Below the pieces are notes generated by a model. The model saw only the letters and a list, made by a program, of their open reading frames with translations, did not search any database and was not told where the DNA came from. 64,000 nt of DNA, from positions 8,224 to 72,223 of the IMG/VR virus record IMGVR_UViG_3300019371_000256, one strand, 5' to 3'. The DNA is from a virus (Duplodnaviria > Caudoviricetes). Both the position numbers and the translations under genes were made by a program. Positions within the stretch are counted from its first letter, which is position 1; every line of letters begins with the position of its first letter. Positions 8,735 through 18,572 of the stretch are shown here, piece by piece.

Positions 8735-9613
8735 ATGTTTGAACAAGAGATGAAACAGAGTCCTGTAGAATTAGCAGATGAAATCGGAATGATGTTATGT
8801 GGATTAGAAGATAAATTTATTCTTGTAGAAGGAGATTCTGATAAACGATTTTGGAATACATTACAAATTAGTAATAAAAAAAAGTATCGAATATACCTTG
8901 GTGCTAAAATAGATTCTAATAGTAACAAAGATTACGTAATTAATGTGCTAAAGTTATTATATGAAAGAAATATAGAAGCTAACATTATCGGAATTGTAGA
9001 TGCGGATTATGATTTTTTAGATGATATAAATGTCTCACTTAAAAGCTTATATTATTATAAATATAAAGACTTAGAGTTGACTCTGTTAAAGAGTCCTTCT
9101 TTGGATATAGTAAATGAATTGGTCTCATCAAATAAAAAAAGGAAGCCAACTTATGAATTATTAGAATTAATTCTTACAAAAACATATCCTCTAGGAATTC
9201 TAAGACTTGTTAATGAGAAGTATAATTATAACTTTGATTTTAAAGATATTAAATTTAAAAAGCTGTATGAAAAAACAGAGGAAGATTTTTTGAAATATTT
9301 TTGTGATTATACTAAACTACCTTTTGATGAGAGAAGTATCTTAATTGAAAGATATAAATATATTAAAAATAAAAATTACAGAAAGGAATATATTTGTAAC
9401 GGCCATGATGCATTAGAAATATTTAGTTTATTATTGAAACAAGAGATAGCTAATGAAAGTCATTGTGAGCATAATGGAGGTATACTATGTGAAATGTTAA
9501 TGTCATCATACCATCATATCCAATCATTAGAAAGTCATATCGATATAGAGTCATTCGATAATATAGTTATTTCATCAATAAAAACTAAAGAATTGAATAT
9601 ATTAATGACTTAA
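8735..9613 (+). CDS. ariB: DUF4435 TOPRIM-like nuclease, PARIS AriB-like
   Basis: ILVEGDSD, GIVDADYD and CNGHD motifs; operonic with the ABC ATPase. Confidence 0.8.
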   Translation: MFEQEMKQSPVELADEIGMMLCGLEDKFILVEGDSDKRFWNTLQISNKKKYRIYLGAKIDSNSNKDYVINVLKLLYERNIEANIIGIVDADYDFLDDINVSLKSLYYYKYKDLELTLLKSPSLDIVNELVSSNKKRKPTYELLELILTKTYPLGILRLVNEKYNYNFDFKDIKFKKLYEKTEEDFLKYFCDYTKLPFDERSILIERYKYIKNKNYRKEYICNGHDALEIFSLLLKQEIANESHCEHNGGILCEMLMSSYHHIQSLESHIDIESFDNIVISSIKTKELNILMT

Positions 9614-10143
9614 TAAAAAGATTATTTATAAAACATGATTAATATAGTTAATAGTGCTGAGTGCAAAATTAATTGATTACCAAATAAAGATTGTAAACTT
9701 ACAATGATTTTAAGCAAATCTAACCCTTTAGATAAATCGATTATTCTGGAATTAGGATGTACTGTAAAATATTTAAAACAAGAGTTGCTATATTATAAAT
9801 AATTTCATTTTAATTGAGAAAGTACTGTCCCGACGCTCGCATCCGTCAAAGACAGTATTAACCCCTTCCCAAAGGTTCGTTGTCGGGGTGGGGATAACAG
9901 CAGAGAAAGTCCAGGGTATCCGCCCTGGATTTTCTTGTCTTATTGTATCTCAATATTCCTCCCTGGTTGCCCGGTGCTGCTCTGACCAAGAATTTGATTG
10001 AGCTGCACTCTTTAACTTGTATTATTTTCCATTTATAATATAATAGATACAGAATTATTCATTTATTAATATGGTGGCATAGCTTAATATAATTGTAATA
10101 ATGGGAAGTTAGAGCATCAAGAGATGCGCTGGGGGATAAATGT

Positions 10144-13107
10144 ATGTACGAACAAGAATTTCAAAGAATTGTAGACGCCTCAAGAAACCATTCCTTAACA
10201 TTTTTTGTTGGCGCAGGTGTTTCGGCTCTATCCGGAGCTCCCTCCTGGAAAAAGTTAATCCAAGAAATTTGCTATAGGCTAAAACGTCCTATAAAAGAGG
10301 CGTATTCGTCAGATGAAAATTTGCAAATTCCTCAGATGTACTACTACTCTATTGAGAAAGATGATGATACGTATTATAGCTTTATCGAAGAGCTACTTAC
10401 CACTAATAACCTCCTACCAAATGAAGTTCACAAAGAATTGTTGAACTTCAATCCAAGCTCTTTTATAACAACAAACTTTGATAGCCTTATTGAGGAAGCT
10501 GCTATCCAATATTGTCAAAGCTTTAAGGTAGTTGCATGTGACGATGAAGTCTCAAGCATTAACGGCGACAGATATATATTGAAACTTCATGGTGACTTAA
10601 AGCATAAAAACATTGTATTTAAGGAAGAAGACTACCTAAATTATAGTGAGAATTTCAAATTAACTGAGACTCTGCTCAAGTCCATTTTTTCAACAAATAC
10701 AGTTGTTTTTATTGGATATGGTTTAAATGATTACAACATAAAGTTGATTCTCAATTGGGCAAAAACGCTATTAAAAGACCATTTTAATAAGCCTATCTTC
10801 ATTTATACTGGTGAAACTCCATTAAGTACCGAAGAACTCTTATATCAAAAATCAAAAGGATTATGCGTGATTGAATGTGAAAAAATAGTTAAGCACTCCA
10901 CTGATTATTTTACAAGATATATGTCTGTTCTAATGGCAATAAAAAAATCATCGGATTTATCTATCGATGGAAAAACAGAACAAGAGGCCTTTGGCATCCT
11001 ATATGAACTATTAGAACCTCTTGATAGATTGAATACTTTAAGAATCAGAGATGTTTATTCTAAATTAAAGCCTTATATAAGAATAAATGATGACGGAACA
11101 ATTTTGACTTCCCCTAGCGAAAGTATTCTGATTCAATACTTTTTTAAAATAAATATGATCTCCGTCGAAGAATATGAATCAATCCCTAAAGCTATACAAG
11201 AAAAGTATCAAGTTATTTTAAGAGTGTTTAGTAAAGCACAAATTGATAAAGTTGATATAGAACATAAGAGACACTTCTTTGCCAACAAGGAAGTTTACTT
11301 TGCTGATCCAAATTGTATAGGTTTTAATTATGAAAATATGTTTGCTTTTGCGTCAAAAAAGTATACTACAATTCGTGATAATTACAAAAAGGGATTCTAT
11401 CTTGCACGCTTAAAACAATATGACAAAGCATTCTATATGTTTGCTCAAATTGCTAATCAAGCATTTAAATCTAAGGATTACCTATTTTATTATCTTGCAG
11501 AAGTCAACTGTATCAATCTTCGTATAATTCTACGAAATGTAAATCAGTATTACAACTGTTATGACATCGAAAAAATTGATGCGACAGCTCCAAATACTGA
11601 TGACATCGAGCATTTGTTTGAAAAACTGCCAATTGAGTTTCAGAACCAATACATCAGCTTCAAAGATATACATTCAACAAATCTATTATACCAATATTCT
11701 TATGAGGCTTTTGCTGATGGTCAAAAGCTTCGGAATGCAATAGAGTCAAATTCAATAGAGTATGGTTTTACAAGCAGTGCAAAAGCAATGTGTAGAATTA
11801 ATGACTATTTACATTTCTTACTGGGTAATGGTATTGTTGTTGATCTTTTTGCTGAATTTAAAAATACTATTAATAACTTGATGTCTCTGCTTGTCTATAA
11901 GTATTCTGTGCAAGGTAAAAAAAATCTGCAAGATGAATTTTTCCTCGGCTCTACGCAAGAGGAGGTATATTTTGATGAAATAGATTTTTATTGTTTTGTT
12001 GAATGCTTTAGTAGCAATGAATTAATTCAGTTATTTAGTAAGCATAAAGTGAAAACAATCACATTTCAAAAAATTGATTTGGTTGAAAATGCAATAAATA
12101 ATATGCTGAAATATTATGAACAGCTAATAAAAAAGAACGCAAGTTTTACAGAAATTATAAATTTACAAAGGCAAATAAAGTCATGTTTAGCTTTGCTGCG
12201 ATATGTAGATATATCGCAGTCATTAGTTGAAACATTATGTCGGTTTCTTTTTAAATATGAATTCCGTGAAATACTGATCAATGATAAAATTTCATTTCTT
12301 TATTATCAATTATTATGCAAAGAAATGTATAGTGATGTAACCTCGAAAATAATTGAGGACAAGTTGCTTTTTTATATAGATTCTCAAATAAGGGCAATTG
12401 AGTCTTCAGAAAAATTTAATGAACCCTTGTCTAATAGTGGCCTTACCTATAGCAATTTGATCCACTACGTTGCTCCTAAAAATGAGCAATATCATTCACG
12501 TAGGGTAGCCATCCGAGTTTTGTATATTATTAAAAACAATATGACTGACATGGTTCCACATGTCTTAAAGGATTATTGGAACCATATCTCACCATATTCT
12601 CGATACAAAGTTACTACTTGGGTAAAGGAGAAATTAACATATTCTTTTAACTTTGATATGTTCACATTGCTAATTGAATGCAACGTAAAAATTGATAAAA
12701 AATTAATTGAATCCCTTATAGGATACTTACGGGATATAATTCAGAAAGAATCTATAGAATCAAAAAAAACAGAGATTTTTACACACTCCGAAAGAGATCT
12801 CTATAGGGAATTGAAACTGGTTGGATATTGGTGTTTGATAAAAAAACTTCGTAAAGATGATTTTAAAGCCTTTGTAGGTGTTAACGATTTTTTTGACTTC
12901 TTTTACCAATACGAAAAATTTGATTTTACTAAATTTGATGTATCGTGGCTTCTAAATCTTAATTTGCAAGCACTGAAAGCAATTGCAAATAACAAACTTG
13001 TTAAAGAAAAAATCAGATTTTCTATTGTGCATGTTTTGGATGAGGGAAATGTTTTAGATACAGATAAAATGAAATTATTAGACATATTAACACATCATTT
13101 TTGCTAA
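10144..13107 (+). CDS. dsr2: Defence-associated sirtuin (SIR2 NADase), DSR2-like, full length
   Basis: FFVGAGVS, ITTNFD, LKLHGD, VVFIGYGLNDYNI; about 990 aa; C-terminal FDFTKFDVSWL resembles the Bacillus DSR2 C-terminus as recalled. Confidence 0.85.
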   Translation: MYEQEFQRIVDASRNHSLTFFVGAGVSALSGAPSWKKLIQEICYRLKRPIKEAYSSDENLQIPQMYYYSIEKDDDTYYSFIEELLTTNNLLPNEVHKELLNFNPSSFITTNFDSLIEEAAIQYCQSFKVVACDDEVSSINGDRYILKLHGDLKHKNIVFKEEDYLNYSENFKLTETLLKSIFSTNTVVFIGYGLNDYNIKLILNWAKTLLKDHFNKPIFIYTGETPLSTEELLYQKSKGLCVIECEKIVKHSTDYFTRYMSVLMAIKKSSDLSIDGKTEQEAFGILYELLEPLDRLNTLRIRDVYSKLKPYIRINDDGTILTSPSESILIQYFFKINMISVEEYESIPKAIQEKYQVILRVFSKAQIDKVDIEHKRHFFANKEVYFADPNCIGFNYENMFAFASKKYTTIRDNYKKGFYLARLKQYDKAFYMFAQIANQAFKSKDYLFYYLAEVNCINLRIILRNVNQYYNCYDIEKIDATAPNTDDIEHLFEKLPIEFQNQYISFKDIHSTNLLYQYSYEAFADGQKLRNAIESNSIEYGFTSSAKAMCRINDYLHFLLGNGIVVDLFAEFKNTINNLMSLLVYKYSVQGKKNLQDEFFLGSTQEEVYFDEIDFYCFVECFSSNELIQLFSKHKVKTITFQKIDLVENAINNMLKYYEQLIKKNASFTEIINLQRQIKSCLALLRYVDISQSLVETLCRFLFKYEFREILINDKISFLYYQLLCKEMYSDVTSKIIEDKLLFYIDSQIRAIESSEKFNEPLSNSGLTYSNLIHYVAPKNEQYHSRRVAIRVLYIIKNNMTDMVPHVLKDYWNHISPYSRYKVTTWVKEKLTYSFNFDMFTLLIECNVKIDKKLIESLIGYLRDIIQKESIESKKTEIFTHSERDLYRELKLVGYWCLIKKLRKDDFKAFVGVNDFFDFFYQYEKFDFTKFDVSWLLNLNLQALKAIANNKLVKEKIRFSIVHVLDEGNVLDTDKMKLLDILTHHFC

Positions 13108-13208
13108 AGCCAATTATGATAACCGTTTTATGTATATAATAAATAGATTAAGTTAAGTATTGAGATTATTGAAAGTCATTACTTGCAGCATATACAGGGG
13201 GTAAATAC

Positions 13209-14180
13209 ATGGAAAAACGGTATCAAATTTTTGTAAGTTCGACATTTGAGGATTTAGTAGATGAGCGTAAGAGGGTCATAGAAACTATTTTAAATTTTAA
13301 TCATATTCCAGCTGGAATGGAGTTGTTTACTGCCTCTAACGATGAACAATTTGAATATATAAAAAAAATAATGCATAATTGTGATTATTATATTCTAATA
13401 GTTGGAGGCAGATATGGAACTATAAATCCAGATAAAGGTATAAGCTACACAGAGCAAGAATATCTTTATGCCTTGGAATTAGGTTTACCAATTTTAGCTT
13501 TTTTACATGAGACACCATATGATTTGCCATCCAAAAGAAGGGATGATGAGAATAGAATACTATTTGATGCATTTCTAAAAAAAGTTAAAACAGGTAAGAT
13601 GATTAAGTATTGGTCTAATATAGATAATTTGACTTCTTCAGTTTTACTAGGATTAAATTATGAATTTAATAATAATCCTAGGTTAGGTTGGGTGCGTGGC
13701 GGAGAAAGTAATAGTGCTGAACTTTTAAAACAAATTAATGATTTGAGGTTAGAAAAAGAGACGATAGAGAAGAAGTATATGGAAGTTAAAGAGACTCTTC
13801 ATGAAAACCAACCTAAATTTGAAAATTTAGCTGAAATGTCAGAGGTGTATACTGTCAGAGGAATAGAAATGGATGAAAATGGTGATAGCAATTTTTATGA
13901 GGATGATTTTGATTTTACTTGGAATGACATTTTTAAAGCAATTGGTCCGCACCTTAATCCTTGTGTAAAAAAAGACATATTTGAAAAAATCGTAAAGTGT
14001 AATCTTGGTTATTATGGTTTCGAAGGAATCAGAGATGAGTGTATACAAACTATTAGGATACAGTTATATGCGCAAGGTCTTATATATCAAGATACAATAT
14101 CAGGTAGCTTGCATATAGGTCTGACTCAAAAGGGAGAAGTATATCTATTGCAGATTATGACTATAAAGACGCAAAAGTAA
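13209..14180 (+). CDS. DUF4062 (TIR/NDT-like) domain protein
   Basis: RYQIFVSSTFEDLVDER, CDYYILIVGGRYG, SYTEQEY. Confidence 0.85.
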   Translation: MEKRYQIFVSSTFEDLVDERKRVIETILNFNHIPAGMELFTASNDEQFEYIKKIMHNCDYYILIVGGRYGTINPDKGISYTEQEYLYALELGLPILAFLHETPYDLPSKRRDDENRILFDAFLKKVKTGKMIKYWSNIDNLTSSVLLGLNYEFNNNPRLGWVRGGESNSAELLKQINDLRLEKETIEKKYMEVKETLHENQPKFENLAEMSEVYTVRGIEMDENGDSNFYEDDFDFTWNDIFKAIGPHLNPCVKKDIFEKIVKCNLGYYGFEGIRDECIQTIRIQLYAQGLIYQDTISGSLHIGLTQKGEVYLLQIMTIKTQK

Positions 14181-14192
14181 GAAAGGTTAGCT

Positions 14193-14654
14193 ATGGAATA
14201 TAATTATAATGATATATTGATACATGCAAATAAATTTTACAATATTTATTTAGAGATAGCAAAGAATAATGAAGATAAGGATGAGTATTCTTCCTATGCT
14301 GTCGAATTCGTAAATGGTACATTTACTTGTGAATTATATTTAAAAGCGTTATGTTTAAAACTGAATAAAAAGCATGCGCATGGTCATGACCTCAAGGACC
14401 TATTTATGTGTTTACCTGATGATTATAAGACTTTAATTGGGCAAAAAATGCATAAGGAAGACTATGCTTATCCTATATATCCGAATAAAGACTGTGTATT
14501 AGATACACTCTGGTACGAGTTTAGTAAAGGATTTATTGAATATCGATATGAATATGAAAAAGTGGGTAATGGTAAAAGGTTGATTATTTTTCCAAATCTG
14601 TTATCTGAATTTGCAACTATTTTAAAAGAGGTTACTGAAAGTATCTATTTATAA
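14193..14654 (+). CDS. Stand-alone HEPN-like protein
   Basis: FTCELYLKAL, GHDLKDLF, FIEYRY pattern. Confidence 0.6.
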   Translation: MEYNYNDILIHANKFYNIYLEIAKNNEDKDEYSSYAVEFVNGTFTCELYLKALCLKLNKKHAHGHDLKDLFMCLPDDYKTLIGQKMHKEDYAYPIYPNKDCVLDTLWYEFSKGFIEYRYEYEKVGNGKRLIIFPNLLSEFATILKEVTESIYL

Positions 14655-14790
14655 GTATAATTACAAAATAATTACATTGACACTACATATAACAGATGTT
14701 AGACTGTAAATGTAAAATTCTATCATATGTAAGGGGATTGCCGAAATGAAGACGGTAGTCCCTTTTTTGCTCCCCAGGAAGGAGCATAAG

Positions 14791-15291
14791 ATGTATATAA
14801 AGAATGTGGCAGTGGAAGAGTTGCAGGTGGCGGCATATAATCCTAGAAAGGACTTGAAACCAGAGGATGTTGAGTATCAAAGAATTAAAAAATCTTTAGA
14901 TAAGTTTGGCTGCGTTGAGCCTATTATCTGGAATGAAAAGACTGGTAACGTAGTTGGCGGACACCAAAGGCTGAGAATACTGATGGATGAAGGTGTAGAG
15001 GCAGTTGATGTCAGTGTGGTGAATCTTGATCCAATTGAGGAGAAGGCGCTTAATGTTGCACTGAATAAGATATCCGGTAATTGGGATATTGAAAAACTGA
15101 CAGATATAATGCAGGAGCTTGTAGAAAAAGACTATGCCTCGCTTACCGGATACAGTGAAAAAGAAATTGAGAAGCTAATTGATCAGGTGAATATTGATGC
15201 AACGATAAGCACTATGGGAGAGATAGATACGGCTGATTTCTCAGCGGATAACTTTAAAAATAAGTGCCCACGTTGTGGATTTCTTTATTAG
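14791..15291 (+). CDS. ParB/Srx N-terminal domain phage protein
   Basis: AYNPRK, FGCVEPIIWN, VVGGHQRL; RBS before ATG 14791. Confidence 0.85.
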   Translation: MYIKNVAVEELQVAAYNPRKDLKPEDVEYQRIKKSLDKFGCVEPIIWNEKTGNVVGGHQRLRILMDEGVEAVDVSVVNLDPIEEKALNVALNKISGNWDIEKLTDIMQELVEKDYASLTGYSEKEIEKLIDQVNIDATISTMGEIDTADFSADNFKNKCPRCGFLY

Positions 15292-15302
15292 GAAGGGGAT
15301 AT

Positions 15303-16319
15303 ATGTATAGACCTTGGAGCTTAAAAGAGATAGATAATATTCCCCGAAACGGCATTAAAGTATTTTCATGTTTTTCCTGTGGAGGTGGTTCCACTATGGG
15401 ATACAAGCTGGCCGGCTGTCAGGTGCTTGGTAATTGTGAAATAGATCAAAGGATTAATGAACTGTATAATAGAAATCATCATCCCTTATATTCATACAAT
15501 ATGGACATAAGGGATTTTGTTAAATTATCGGACAATGATCTGCCACCTGAATTATTTCAATTGGATATATTAGATGGATCGCCGCCATGTAGTGTGTTTT
15601 CAATGTCCGGGAACCGTGAGAACGACTGGGGGAAAGCCAAACGATTCCGGGAGGGCCAGGCAGCCCAAACGTTGGATGATTTGTTCTTTGAATTTATATC
15701 CGTCATTCGAAAATTAAAGCCAAAAGTATTCATAGCTGAAAATGTAAAAGGTATGCTACATGGCAGTGCAAAAGGTTATATAAGTGAGATCCTCAATAAA
15801 GTTGATGAAGCTGGATATAAAGTCCAGCTTTTTTGCTTAAATTCTGCCGTAATGGGCGTTCCACAGCGCCGTGAAAGAGTATTTTTTATTGGTCATAGAA
15901 AAGAGCTGCCATACTCAAAGTTGAATCTGGATTTTACCATGAGACCGATTCGCTTTGGAGAGATCAGGAGCTTAGCCGGTGGACCGGTTACTAAAGAGAC
16001 ATATCAACTTTTGAAGCACAAAACACCAACCGACCGCAATTTGGCTGATATCAATAACCGGCTGTTTAATAAACAGAGTAGATTTAATGCAGCTGTAGTT
16101 TGGGACAGCATTGTTTCGCCAACCATTACATCTAATGGTGATTTCCTGAGGGCTATCGACGACAGTAAATTTTCAGATATGGATTACATTAATTGCCAGA
16201 CGTTCCCTGTGGATTATGATTTTAATAAGACCAGCGTTCAATATGTATGTGGAATGTCTGTGCCACCGCTGATGATGAAGGAAATAGCAACTCAGATATG
16301 CAATCAGTGGTTTTTCTAA
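15303..16319 (+). CDS. Orphan DNA (cytosine-5)-methyltransferase
   Basis: Motif I FSCFSCGGG, motif IV GSPPC, ENVKG, QRRERVFF. Confidence 0.9.
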   Translation: MYRPWSLKEIDNIPRNGIKVFSCFSCGGGSTMGYKLAGCQVLGNCEIDQRINELYNRNHHPLYSYNMDIRDFVKLSDNDLPPELFQLDILDGSPPCSVFSMSGNRENDWGKAKRFREGQAAQTLDDLFFEFISVIRKLKPKVFIAENVKGMLHGSAKGYISEILNKVDEAGYKVQLFCLNSAVMGVPQRRERVFFIGHRKELPYSKLNLDFTMRPIRFGEIRSLAGGPVTKETYQLLKHKTPTDRNLADINNRLFNKQSRFNAAVVWDSIVSPTITSNGDFLRAIDDSKFSDMDYINCQTFPVDYDFNKTSVQYVCGMSVPPLMMKEIATQICNQWFF

Positions 16320-16352
16320 AACACAAAACAAACGATTGAGAGGTGGTGAGGA

Positions 16353-17114
16353 GTGAATGAAGTCAGGGCTCCAAATTATGAATTAGCCTTGATTGATTAT
16401 CAATCAGGCATGAAATATAAAGATATCGCCGAAAAGCATGGTGTTACCATTAATACCGTTAAATCATGGAAAACAAGATATAAGTGGTCCAAGGATAAAA
16501 AAAAAGGTGTGCACACAAAATCTGATAAGGTGTGCACACAAAAAGGTGGGCAACCAGGCAATAGAAATGCGGCTGGACACGGAGCACCGGCCATGAATAA
16601 AAACGCAGTTAAGCACGGACTCTTTAGCAAGTATCTGCCAGAGGAAACGTTGGCCATTGTTGAGGAGCTTCAGGAGAACGCATTGGACCCGGCGGATATT
16701 CTTTATGATAATATCCTCATGCAGCATGCAGCTATAATTAGGGCTCAAAGAATAATGTATGTGAAGAATCAGTCGGATCTGACTAAGGAGCTGAAGAAGG
16801 TTAAGACTTCAACAAGCGGTATGAGTGGGAAGAATAAATCCTCGGAGTTGGAGTATGAATTGCAATTTGCCTGGGATAAGCAGGCCAGTTACCTTCAGGC
16901 CCAGTCCAGGGCAATGCAGACGCTTACAACTATGCTTAAGCAGTTTAAGGAATTGACTGCTCCCGATGATGAGCGCAGAATGCGTTTGGAACTTATGCAA
17001 GTTGAACTTGAAAAACGTCGCAACGAGACAGATTCACTTGGCGGTGGTGAAAATGTAGTTGATGATTGGATTGATGCTGTTACCGGTGAAGATGAGGGGG
17101 ATGATGTTGATTGA
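16353..17114 (+). CDS. terS: Terminase small subunit
   Basis: N-terminal HTH (KYKDIAEKHGVTINTVKSWKTR), KGGQPGNRNA, KHGLFSKYLP; directly upstream of terL. Confidence 0.85.
   Translation: MNEVRAPNYELALIDYQSGMKYKDIAEKHGVTINTVKSWKTRYKWSKDKKKGVHTKSDKVCTQKGGQPGNRNAAGHGAPAMNKNAVKHGLFSKYLPEETLAIVEELQENALDPADILYDNILMQHAAIIRAQRIMYVKNQSDLTKELKKVKTSTSGMSGKNKSSELEYELQFAWDKQASYLQAQSRAMQTLTTMLKQFKELTAPDDERRMRLELMQVELEKRRNETDSLGGGENVVDDWIDAVTGEDEGDDVD
16504..16543. repeat. Two 17-bp direct repeats AAGGTGTGCACACAAAA, each with the 10-bp palindrome GTGTGCACAC, inside terS
   Basis: Copies at 16504-16520 and 16527-16543, 23 bp apart. Confidence 0.9.
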
Positions 17115-18550
17115 GAAAGGAATCCCTTCGTTGCGACGGTCGCAACAGTAAATCTTCTAAGCGCAGGGCATTTTTTAAGGAGCGAATTCCAATATACCGT
17201 AAAAATCCTGTTTTATTTGCTCAGGAGGTTCTTTTGTTTGAGCCTGATCCATGGCAGCAAGAGGCTCTTATGGATTTGGCTGAGCACCCGAAAGTAAGTA
17301 TTAAGTCTGGCCAGGGTGTCGGAAAAACCGGTATTGAAGCTGTAGCCCTTCTGTGGTTTTTAACATGTTTTCCATTTCCTCGAGTGGTTGCCACAGCTCC
17401 GACAAAACAGCAATTACATGACGTGTTGTGGTCTGAGGTATCCAAATGGCAGGAACGGGCTCCTCTGCTCCAGGAAATATTGAAATGGACTAAAACCTAT
17501 ATCTACATGAAGGGGCATGAGAAAAGGTGGTTTGCTACTGCCAGAACGGCAACCAAGCCGGAGAATATGCAAGGCTTCCATGAAGATAACATGCTTTTTA
17601 TCATAGACGAAGCTTCTGGTGTGGCTGATCCGATTATGGAAGCAATCCTGGGTACCCTGTCTGGAGGAAATAACAAGCTGCTTATGTGTGGCAATCCTAC
17701 CAGAACCAGCGGTACCTTTTATGATGCCTTTTATTCTTCCAGAAGGATGTATAAGTGCCATACGGTCTCATCAGAGGACAGTCCACGTACCAATAAAGAC
17801 AATATTAAGACATTGGTTGACCGGTTCGGATATGACAGTAATGTAGTCCGGGTACGTGTCCGGGGATTATTTCCGAAACAGGAAGATGATGTGTTTATTG
17901 CCCTGCAACTTTTGGATGCAGCAATTGAACTTGAAATAGATATGGAAGAGGAAAACGAGGAATACACCCCTGACCGCATTGATATAGGTGTGGACGTTGC
18001 CCGCTTTGGTAATGATAATACGGTAATAGCCCAGAAGATTGATAAGGTTATACCGGATCTCCTTGTCCGTCATGGACAGGATACGATGAAAACTGCCGGT
18101 GATATTGTTCGCATGTATCGGAGTTTACTTGAAAAATATCCGAAGTATGATAATTACATCTATGTCAAAATTGATGATACTGGTGTCGGTGGTGGTGTCA
18201 GTGACCGTCTGAAGGAGCTGCAAAGCGATCCGGAAGAGAAGCTGGAGAAACTGGTTGTTGTTCCTGTTAATTTCGCAAAGAAGGCACCAAAGACAAAGTC
18301 AGCCAGGTATTATGATGATATTGTAACTTGGATGTGGGCGAATGTACGTGACCTCTTGGAGAACAAAGAAGTTAAGCTGCCTGATGATTCAATCTTAGTC
18401 GGTGAATTCTCCACACGGAAGTATAATTTCCAGTCCAACGGTAAGCAGAGGCTTGAAAGCAAAGATGAATTGAAAAAGAGGGGATTAACTTCTCCGGACA
18501 GGGCGGATGCGGTTGCATTAGCCTGTATGCCAGTATTTAAAAAGAAATAA
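17111..18550 (+). CDS. terL: Terminase large subunit
   Basis: SGQGVGKT Walker A, IIDEASG Walker B, GVDVARFGND nuclease, SPDRADA. Confidence 0.95.
   Translation: MRKESLRCDGRNSKSSKRRAFFKERIPIYRKNPVLFAQEVLLFEPDPWQQEALMDLAEHPKVSIKSGQGVGKTGIEAVALLWFLTCFPFPRVVATAPTKQQLHDVLWSEVSKWQERAPLLQEILKWTKTYIYMKGHEKRWFATARTATKPENMQGFHEDNMLFIIDEASGVADPIMEAILGTLSGGNNKLLMCGNPTRTSGTFYDAFYSSRRMYKCHTVSSEDSPRTNKDNIKTLVDRFGYDSNVVRVRVRGLFPKQEDDVFIALQLLDAAIELEIDMEEENEEYTPDRIDIGVDVARFGNDNTVIAQKIDKVIPDLLVRHGQDTMKTAGDIVRMYRSLLEKYPKYDNYIYVKIDDTGVGGGVSDRLKELQSDPEEKLEKLVVVPVNFAKKAPKTKSARYYDDIVTWMWANVRDLLENKEVKLPDDSILVGEFSTRKYNFQSNGKQRLESKDELKKRGLTSPDRADAVALACMPVFKKK
17130..17146. repeat. Palindrome GTTGCGACGGTCGCAAC (copy 1)
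   Basis: Matches the palindrome at 40591-40609 except for the central base. Confidence 0.85.
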
Positions 18551-18572
18551 TTGTGGGAAGGAGGTAAAGATC

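Noticed and set aside
7265-14690. Shared TACATTGACA at about 7266 and 14680, flanking the defence block
   Set aside because: Only 10 bp and explained by two independent TTGACA -35 boxes; not enough to call a target duplication
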